Assembly (NCBI GenBank): GCA_964012805.1
Contig: CAXGUD010000018.1
Span: 1-64,000, forward strand
DNA: 64,000 nucleotides
Origin: an uncultured Bacteriovoracaceae bacterium
GTDB taxonomy: Bacteria; Bdellovibrionota; Bacteriovoracia; Bacteriovoracales; Bacteriovoracaceae
Direction of reading: 5' to 3'
A program made the position numbers and the translations under genes. The stretch's first letter is position 1. Each line of letters starts with the position of its first letter. The notes below the pieces were generated by a model. The model saw only the letters and a list, made by a program, of their open reading frames with translations, was not told where the DNA came from and searched no databases. Shown here one piece after another: positions 57,074 through 64,000 of this stretch.

Positions 57074-60000
57074 ATTTCGAAAAAAGTCAAAGAAAAGTAC
57101 CTTTTTTTATTTTTTTTGCGGGATAGTCAAGAACTACCTTTTGAGTTTCTGCGTTCTTTATTAAGTGATTTTAAAAAATCAAAAGGGTTAAAATTTGAGC
57201 TCTTTCAAATTAATCTTGAAAAAGATTTAAATTCAGACCTAACTTATGAATCCTTTTTAGATAATTTTTTAAAAGAAAATAAAAAGGCCCTCAAAAATAA
57301 AAAATTTGATCATACTATTAATATTTTTTTAGTGGAAAATCATTTTTTAAACCCCATTCTTAAAACGAGTCATTTTGAAAAAGACATCTTCCTAACTCTT
57401 GAAAGTGATTTAGAAAAAAGAGGTCTTAAGGAAAAAGACAAGATAAAAAAAGAAACAGAAAATAAGGCTCACATAAAAGTCACTACATCTGATTTTAAAA
57501 GGGCCCTCGAAGTCATTTTTATTAATAGTGAAATGTTCAAAAGTTTTTTTCACCCCTCTCATCAATTAGAAAGAGGCCTTTTAAAGGGAGTTTACGAGTT
57601 AAAAGGTTATGATCCTCTTTCTCTTTTAGAAACTGAAATTTTTAGAGAGGTTTATTTTTATTTAAAATTATATAAGATAGAACTTTCTTCTTTTTTTAAA
57701 AAGATAGAAAAGGACCACACTTATTTAATGAGAGTATGGAAATTATTTAAGCTAAATGAATCAGAAATTTTTAAAAAAGAAGAGGAATTTGATTATATAG
57801 AAAAAGTTATTTATCCCGAAGTTTTTAAAGACTATAAGAAAGGGGAAAAAATAAGGGTTTGGATCGTTGGTTTTGGTACTGGACAAGAATTTTTCAATTA
57901 TTTCTTGCCTTTTATAAACTATTGTAAAAAAAACAATTTTTTAAGTAACAATAACATTCAATTTGCAGCAACAGAACTAATTGGCTTCGAAGACAGCTTT
58001 GGGGTTGCCCCTTATTTAAAAGAATCTGACTATTTAAGGATTCCTAAAAAGTACAGGATATTTTTAGCAAAAAATGAAGAAGGGAAATACACTCTCTTTA
58101 AAAAGATAGGTGTTAATTATTTTATCTCAGGTAGGAATAATTTTATAAACAGTCTAGGTTTTTTTAATACAGATTTAATTGTTTTAAATAATCTTTTTAC
58201 CCCATATAAAGATTATTATATAAAAAAAATTTTTGAAAAAGCTTCCTCTAGATTGAAAGATGGTGGGATTATTTTGTCTGATGAATTGTCTAAAAATAGT
58301 TCGGGCCTTCAAAAAATTATGAAAAAAGTAACTTGGTTAAAAGACAATAATTCTACTTTAAAAGGCCTAATATTTAAAAAAAATGAGAGTAGCATAGGTG
58401 AATTTCAAACTATTGACAAAAACTCAATCGAGGAAATACAAGACAGTTTAAATAGAAATCAAGCAAAGTTTCAAAAGGGTAGGGAAAGAATCCAAGAGGC
58501 CCAGAGAGTAATTGAAAGATATAAAGTTTATCCAAATGATCCAGTGGGATCTGCTTTAAAGATAAAAAAAGAACTTATGGAAACCGCAGGTTATATTGAT
58601 TTAAAAAAAGAAAATGAAGAACTTAGGGAGACTCTTAGAAGTCTTGAAAAAAGTTACGCACTAACATATAAAGTGCAGTTGATAAATTATAAAAAAATGG
58701 AAGAGGCCAATTTAAAATTAGAGGATATGAAAAACAACCTTGTTAAAAATTTAATTAATAAAACAGAGGAGCTTGAAAAATTAAATGAAGTTTTAAGTCA
58801 ATTTGAAAAAGACCGGACATTTTTCTATTCAAAATTAAGCCATGATTTAAGAACTCCCCTAAATAGCGTTCTTGGGTTTTCTGATGTGGCGATGGAGGGG
58901 ATTAATGATTTGGAAAGTGAACAGATTTTTGAGTACCTTAGTTATATAAATAAAAGTGGAAAATCCCTTTTAAATCTTGTTAACTCAATCTACGAATTTA
59001 CAAAAGTAGATTTAGAAAAACTTAAAATTGTTGACGAAAATTTTTCCACCCAACAGTTTCTAGATGAACTCCAGGCACTCCACGAAAATAATTGCGTGAT
59101 AAAAGGACTTCGTTTTGAGTTAAATAAGGGGTCAAATCTCCCCACTTATTTAAAGGCCGACCAATCCAAAATGAGGCAGGTTTTAGATAACTTAATAGAT
59201 AATGCTGTTAAGTTTACAGATGAAGGCCTTGTTTCTTTAGATGTTCAAGCTTATTACTATGCTGGTAAGGAAGATCAGTTTGACCTTGTTTTTGAGGTTT
59301 CTGACACGGGGAAAGGTATTGAAACGGATAAAACGAAACAAATTGAAAAAGAGTTTTCAAATCCTCTCGAAGAGGGGAATTTAGGAGAGAAGGGGAGCGG
59401 AATAGGGCTTTACGTCTCTAAAAAAATCGTTGAAAAAATGAACGGTGAAATTGAAATCTCTTCGAAAAAAGGAAAGGGAACCCTTTTTACCGTTGTTTTT
59501 AAAGATGTTTATAAAGGAGAAAGTGAAGTTTTTGAAGATGATAGTCTTAGCACTAACTTTTTAGGCCAAGAAGTCATTATTTTGGATAAAAGTCAAAGTG
59601 GCAGGATCCTTTTAATGACTTATTTGGATGGTACCAACTTAAAGATTGAAACGGCCCAGAATCAAAAAGAGCTCTACCAAAAAGTTAAAAGAACGAACCC
59701 CTCTCTTATTTTATGTGATGTTTCCCTTCCTATGGAAGAAAAGCTGGAATCTATTTTAGAAATTAAAGAAGATGAAAAATATAAAGATATACCCATTATC
59801 CTTCTTTCTTCAGTTTCCATCTCTGAAGATGTTTCGATTAATTTTCAAGGGATTTTACAAAAGCCTCTTTCAAAGAAGTTTCTTTTAAACGAATTTAAAA
59901 AACATTTAAAATTTGAAAGTCTTAGTAAAGAACAAGCCGGGGAGACAAGCAAGAAGATCGAGGAGAGTAAAGAATTTCTAAAAGAGACTGATGAAAAGAC

Positions 60001-60331
60001 CTCAATAAATAAGATAGGTCTATTTCCTGTGATAAAGGATATCTATTTTAATGAGGAAGAAGTTAAATTAATAAAGCATTTGGTCATTGATTTGACTTAC
60101 TTTTTAAAATACATGGATATTAATGTCCTTGAAGAAAAGTTACTAAGCTATAAAAACTCGATAGAAGAAACAAAGCTTTCTCACACTAAAGAGTGGGTTG
60201 AAAGTGTTATGACCTTATCAAATCAATTTGAGGTTGATCAATTAAAAAAAGAAATAGAGGGCGCCGTAAAAAAACTAGAGTCCTATATCTTAAAAGAGGC
60301 CAAAGCCTCTACAAATAGAAAGGCCTCCTAA
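57074..60331 (+). CDS. Hybrid histidine kinase with N-terminal degenerate CheR-like domain and receiver
   Basis: IRVWIVGFGTGQE, DLIVLNN and LKDGG (CheR-like); SHDLRTPLN; NLIDNAVKFT, DTGKG, GSGIGL; ILCD..KP receiver. Start is ATT 57074 (with SD) or TTG 57116. Confidence 0.88.
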   Translation: MSKKVKEKYLFLFFLRDSQELPFEFLRSLLSDFKKSKGLKFELFQINLEKDLNSDLTYESFLDNFLKENKKALKNKKFDHTINIFLVENHFLNPILKTSHFEKDIFLTLESDLEKRGLKEKDKIKKETENKAHIKVTTSDFKRALEVIFINSEMFKSFFHPSHQLERGLLKGVYELKGYDPLSLLETEIFREVYFYLKLYKIELSSFFKKIEKDHTYLMRVWKLFKLNESEIFKKEEEFDYIEKVIYPEVFKDYKKGEKIRVWIVGFGTGQEFFNYFLPFINYCKKNNFLSNNNIQFAATELIGFEDSFGVAPYLKESDYLRIPKKYRIFLAKNEEGKYTLFKKIGVNYFISGRNNFINSLGFFNTDLIVLNNLFTPYKDYYIKKIFEKASSRLKDGGIILSDELSKNSSGLQKIMKKVTWLKDNNSTLKGLIFKKNESSIGEFQTIDKNSIEEIQDSLNRNQAKFQKGRERIQEAQRVIERYKVYPNDPVGSALKIKKELMETAGYIDLKKENEELRETLRSLEKSYALTYKVQLINYKKMEEANLKLEDMKNNLVKNLINKTEELEKLNEVLSQFEKDRTFFYSKLSHDLRTPLNSVLGFSDVAMEGINDLESEQIFEYLSYINKSGKSLLNLVNSIYEFTKVDLEKLKIVDENFSTQQFLDELQALHENNCVIKGLRFELNKGSNLPTYLKADQSKMRQVLDNLIDNAVKFTDEGLVSLDVQAYYYAGKEDQFDLVFEVSDTGKGIETDKTKQIEKEFSNPLEEGNLGEKGSGIGLYVSKKIVEKMNGEIEISSKKGKGTLFTVVFKDVYKGESEVFEDDSLSTNFLGQEVIILDKSQSGRILLMTYLDGTNLKIETAQNQKELYQKVKRTNPSLILCDVSLPMEEKLESILEIKEDEKYKDIPIILLSSVSISEDVSINFQGILQKPLSKKFLLNEFKKHLKFESLSKEQAGETSKKIEESKEFLKETDEKTSINKIGLFPVIKDIYFNEEEVKLIKHLVIDLTYFLKYMDINVLEEKLLSYKNSIEETKLSHTKEWVESVMTLSNQFEVDQLKKEIEGAVKKLESYILKEAKASTNRKAS

Positions 60332-62388
60332 AGCGGTAATCCAAGTTCTAATTTACTTATTGAAAGTTTATTTTGATCGTCCTCTTTAGGGTATTCAATT
60401 CTTTTGTAATCGTAGGGCTGAATAGAGGGAGAGAGCTGGACCGTCCTCATGGTTTTAAAGAGGTGATGTTTTGAGCCATCACCAAAAGAATAGAGGAGCC
60501 CCTTATGTCCTTCCGCATTTAAAAGGGCAAAAATATTAACAAAGGAGGAAAGGTCTTCGCCTTTTAAAAGGTGGAGAAAAAAACCTAACCCCAAACTTTT
60601 AAAAAGAGGAGATGCCCTAAGCCCCATAAACTTTCTAATATGCTTTTTTACACCTTTGCCTGTCGTATACCTTTGCCCAGGCCTTGTGTTGAGGATGAGC
60701 TCTATTTTTTTGAGCATTCTTCTAATGCTTATTTTATTTTGAAGGAGGATTTTTGAGTATTTGGGTGACTTAAGAAGGCCTCTTTCTTTTAATCCTCTAG
60801 AAAACTTTTTGTATTCGTGGCGGAGGGTTTGGTAGTCCATGCCCCAAAGCTCCTGGAAAACGTCTTTACTTAAAAGAATTTGCATCATAGAGAGGGAGTT
60901 TTTTAAAGGCCCTCTTTCTTTTCTTCTTAACTCTTTTAAGTGATCAGGCCAAGAAATACTCTCGTATAAATGTTCAGGGAGGTTTAATTGAAGCCTGGTT
61001 TGAAACTTTTTTAAATCCTTTTTTGAAAAACTAAAATCCCTGTCAAAAAAGAGAGTCCCAAAACTGTCAAAGGTCTTGATATTTTTGTCTTTATCCAATT
61101 CATAAAGGGCCGAAAGAAGGAAAAAATTAAACTTTGAGAGCTTACCTAAAATGAGCCCACTCCGCTTAATCGCCATATAAGAAGGGAAGTAGTAAAGCTT
61201 CTCCTCATTAAATTCATTGAGGGAGGTGATCAGCTGGCGGGAATAAAGAGAAGTGAGACTCGTTGATGCAACGATTGCACTCAATTTCATAAAGGCACTT
61301 GTCGTGTGAGCGTCAATGGTCCCCTTAAAAATCCTCATGATCCTCCTTTCTTCTAGAGGCTTCGAGCTGTCTTCTTTTGAAAGCTTATCCGCTTTGGTCA
61401 TCATGGAGATAAGGGGGCGGCTTGAAGAAAGTTTACCTTTATGAAAAGGGTTAAAGTGCTTCTTGAGTTTAAACTTTAAAGTCGAACTTAAAATTTTATT
61501 ATAGGCATCTCTTCCGTCTGGGTCGTTAAAATTAAAAACGTAGTCCAAGATAAACTGGTTTTTCTTTGTGTAGGAGATACCTAATGTTAAAAGGTCGAAG
61601 TGAAGGACATTATTAATAAGTCCATCAACAAAGTTAATATTGGTGAGTGTGTAGGCCTGGGTGCTATAGGCCGTGCCGGTAAGCCCTTTTTCAGAAATGG
61701 ACTCAATCTTTAAGCGGAACCGTCCTTCAGTTAAGGCAATAATAGAAATTTTAAACACACCGCTTAAAAAAAATTGACCAGAAAGCCCGGCCAAAATGGG
61801 GGCGGGAGGAAACAATTGGGCGATATTAGCTCCAAGGGCCAGGCTTAGGGTCGTGGGGAAGCTAAAAATATCCCCAGGTCTCATATTTTTAAGCGCCGAT
61901 TTGTCGCTAAAAGGGAAAAAAGGCTTCATCAAGGCGCCGGCCTCTTTGGCCTCCTCCATGGACTTGAACCTTCTTTTATAAGAAAGTTCTGATTTGTCGC
62001 TAATATTTAGAAAAAGAGGAAGTCCCTGAAAGAGGTCTCCAGGAGCTATACTATAACCTAATTTAAAAGTGTCCGTTCGAACAAAGGTCATCCCGTCGTA
62101 GCTCGTTTTGTAATTGTAGCCAAGGCCTAGATCAAGGCCAGCCTTTTTGTTAAGGGCGATAGGAGGTAAGTCTAGGGGAATGTCCCAATCTGGCCCAAAG
62201 AGGAGGTCTTTAATTTTTGAAAGGGAGGATTTTATCTTTTTATAGGGTTTTTTCTTTTCACTTCCCGTTTTGGAATTTTTTTGAAAAGACGCTTTTTCAA
62301 GAAGTGAGGATAGCTCCGGCCCTTCCGCTAGCGAATAGGAGGAAAACATGAAAAAAACTAGGCATAAAAAAATACGGTGTGTCATCAA
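60328..62388 (-). CDS. Hypothetical exported protein
   Basis: 686-aa ORF with signal peptide and GAGG SD; no motif recognised. Confidence 0.7.
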   Translation of the reverse strand: MMTHRIFLCLVFFMFSSYSLAEGPELSSLLEKASFQKNSKTGSEKKKPYKKIKSSLSKIKDLLFGPDWDIPLDLPPIALNKKAGLDLGLGYNYKTSYDGMTFVRTDTFKLGYSIAPGDLFQGLPLFLNISDKSELSYKRRFKSMEEAKEAGALMKPFFPFSDKSALKNMRPGDIFSFPTTLSLALGANIAQLFPPAPILAGLSGQFFLSGVFKISIIALTEGRFRLKIESISEKGLTGTAYSTQAYTLTNINFVDGLINNVLHFDLLTLGISYTKKNQFILDYVFNFNDPDGRDAYNKILSSTLKFKLKKHFNPFHKGKLSSSRPLISMMTKADKLSKEDSSKPLEERRIMRIFKGTIDAHTTSAFMKLSAIVASTSLTSLYSRQLITSLNEFNEEKLYYFPSYMAIKRSGLILGKLSKFNFFLLSALYELDKDKNIKTFDSFGTLFFDRDFSFSKKDLKKFQTRLQLNLPEHLYESISWPDHLKELRRKERGPLKNSLSMMQILLSKDVFQELWGMDYQTLRHEYKKFSRGLKERGLLKSPKYSKILLQNKISIRRMLKKIELILNTRPGQRYTTGKGVKKHIRKFMGLRASPLFKSLGLGFFLHLLKGEDLSSFVNIFALLNAEGHKGLLYSFGDGSKHHLFKTMRTVQLSPSIQPYDYKRIEYPKEDDQNKLSISKLELGLPL

Positions 62389-62428
62389 TCCTCACCTAAA
62401 AGCTCATAAGAGTTAAAAAGGGACCTGT

Positions 62429-63358
62429 TTAATCTTTGGAATTCCAGACGTTTTTAACAGTAAAGACCATTCCAGAGATGTCACGGGTTTTGTTTGAAGC
62501 ATTAATAACGGACCAGGGAAGGTAAGGCAAGTCATCTACCTTAACAACCATCATTCTTGTCGTTAAAACAAGAGTCCCACCGCCTTTTAAAGGCCAGTTT
62601 TGGACAAGAAAAAGACCTCCTTGAATGAGCTGTTTTTCTTCCATGAGCTTTAAAAAGAAGACTTTTTCAGGTGCCCCAAGTTTTCCCATATATTTTGGGT
62701 GGAAGTAATTATTAATTTCCTTGGAAGATGTGCTTGTCCCAATTTGAGTTTTTTTATCGATAGCGAAGTAGACTCCTTCAAATTTAACTGTTCCAATTTT
62801 AAGCGCTCCCATATTAAGAGCAGTGACAAAGGTATTAGCAGAGTAAGGGCACTCAGAGTCAACATAACTCTTTTTGAGTTTTTCAAGGCCCAGAATTGTT
62901 TTTTGTAAAAAGGAACTAGAAGTCATTCTCTTGAGGGTGTAATAGTCGATATTTTTCCGAGGAGTGATATAGGCATAACGAAAAACGCTGATGGCCCTTT
63001 TTTTCATTTTATTATAACCGAAGACGTCAAGGCGACCAAAAGGAGAGCTTCGAAATTTTTCCATCATTTTATCGGTGTAGACAGCGTTAGAGTATTGGAC
63101 GTAGCCTTGGGCAAGTTTTTGAGGGTCAACGGCAAAATCTATTTCCCTCTCTTCTACAATTTTAATGTCATTGGGATAGAGGGCCTTGGTTCTAACTGTT
63201 AATGGCTTCGTTTTAAGCTTTTTAAGCCACGACTTTTTCTTTTGAGTTAAGCAGGGAATGTACTTCTTTTTTTTGGATTTGGCCTCTACCGAACTAAGAT
63301 TTAACAAAAGGGAGAGGGTAAAGAGACAAAAGACCAAAGACTTGTTTAGACCCATCAT
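62429..63358 (-). CDS. Hypothetical exported basic protein
   Basis: 309-aa ORF with signal peptide ending VEA; AGGA SD. Confidence 0.7.
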   Translation of the reverse strand: MMGLNKSLVFCLFTLSLLLNLSSVEAKSKKKKYIPCLTQKKKSWLKKLKTKPLTVRTKALYPNDIKIVEEREIDFAVDPQKLAQGYVQYSNAVYTDKMMEKFRSSPFGRLDVFGYNKMKKRAISVFRYAYITPRKNIDYYTLKRMTSSSFLQKTILGLEKLKKSYVDSECPYSANTFVTALNMGALKIGTVKFEGVYFAIDKKTQIGTSTSSKEINNYFHPKYMGKLGAPEKVFFLKLMEEKQLIQGGLFLVQNWPLKGGGTLVLTTRMMVVKVDDLPYLPWSVINASNKTRDISGMVFTVKNVWNSKD

Positions 63359-63416
63359 TCTTTTTTTCCTTTTTATATTCTTTTTACAACCTATATTATA
63401 GAATTAGAATGATGAT

Positions 63417-63446
63417 TAAATAAAGATAAATAAAGATAAATTAAGA
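63417..63446. repeat. Three tandem 10-nt repeats in a divergent intergenic region
   Basis: TAAATAAAGA TAAATAAAGA TAAATTAAGA. Confidence 0.5.
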
Positions 63447-63479
63447 CCTCTTTTTTAGAGAATTCTAAGGATATAGGAT

Positions 63480-64000
63480 ATGAGAAAAAGCTTTTATCTT
63501 GAAAAGTATCTTATGGATAATGACATACTCACTAAAGATCAGGCCTTGAATTTGATGGTTGAGAGGATTAAAAAGGGGCCTATTTTTGAAGAAGTGGCTT
63601 TGAAGATGAATTTTATCGATCAGCATTCCCTCCTTCAAATTTTAAAGCTTAAATATCATTTCAAAGGTCTCTCAGCTGAAGAAATTGCTCTTCACAACAA
63701 AATGATTGATAAAGAACAGATGGCAAAAATTAGAGATGAAATTTTGGAGCATTTACCTAGGGCCGAAACAATCCTTGAGAAGTCTTCAAATGTAGATAAA
63801 AATGTGTTGGAAGAGGCCGTCAAAAAGACTGATGGAAGGATTGATGAAATTGATAAGAGAGGGGCAGACTTAAAAAGAATAAAAACATTTTCAAAGTTAA
63901 GTCAGAGGGACCTCTTCGACCTCGCCGATTTGGCCGTTTGCAAGTCTTTTGGTAAAGGGGAGAAGATCATAGAAGATGGTGGCCAGGCGGACCATTTCTA
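63480..64000 (+). CDS. Partial gene: MshEN-like helical repeats followed by a cyclic-nucleotide-binding domain
   Basis: Hand translation MRKSFYLEKYLMDNDILTKDQAL..LKRIKTFSKLSQRDL..FGKGEKIIEDGGQADHF; runs off the window end. Confidence 0.75.
   Translation, partial: MRKSFYLEKYLMDNDILTKDQALNLMVERIKKGPIFEEVALKMNFIDQHSLLQILKLKYHFKGLSAEEIALHNKMIDKEQMAKIRDEILEHLPRAETILEKSSNVDKNVLEEAVKKTDGRIDEIDKRGADLKRIKTFSKLSQRDLFDLADLAVCKSFGKGEKIIEDGGQADHF

Noticed and set aside
205..62908. Many 60-140 aa ORFs in the track that overlap long genes (e.g. 20683-21033, 48100-48522, 39052-39354, 43906-44163)
   Set aside because: Antisense or alternate-frame shadows of well-supported genes, with no motifs or SD
1..64000. 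CRISPR arrays, tRNA/rRNA genes, IS elements, prophage genes
   Set aside because: No spaced repeats, cloverleaf or rRNA-like tracts, and no transposase, integrase or phage motifs seen

Overview
AT-rich, gene-dense bacterial chromosomal window. Gene content (7TM-DISM sensor, REC-HD-GYP, MshEN-like/cNMP protein, many orphan secreted proteins, FliA-type promoter motifs) suggests Bdellovibrionota, probably Bacteriovoracia-like; this is an inference. I found no rRNA, tRNA, CRISPR array, integrase or transposase. The centre (7997-29179) is a compact amino-acid biosynthesis supercluster: ilvB-ilvN-ilvC-ilvE-leuA-leuC-leuD-leuB-cimA, then DAHP synthase/chorismate mutase-aminotransferase-tyrA on the minus strand, divergent ilvD, a LysR gene and thrABC. 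Reading between the supplied ORFs gave several unannotated items: (1) a 43-codon leader peptide before ilvB with period-4 Tyr codons then an Ile/Leu/Val run, followed by two long hairpins and an anti-SD; (2) a near-identical LysR-type box before both thrA and the aromatic genes; (3) a 41-aa lipoprotein whose mature part is a cationic disulfide hairpin, upstream of an orphan RND transporter; (4) two genes with a strong SD 5 nt before an in-frame ATT; (5) an lgt pseudogene and a nonsense-broken ORF. A stand-alone secreted 447-aa protein shows MACPF/CDC-like pore-former topology. The rest is lipid-handling enzymes (acyl-CoA oxidase-like, START, patatin, PLD, desaturase), signalling proteins and hypotheticals. 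All family calls come from motif recognition by eye; no searches were run.
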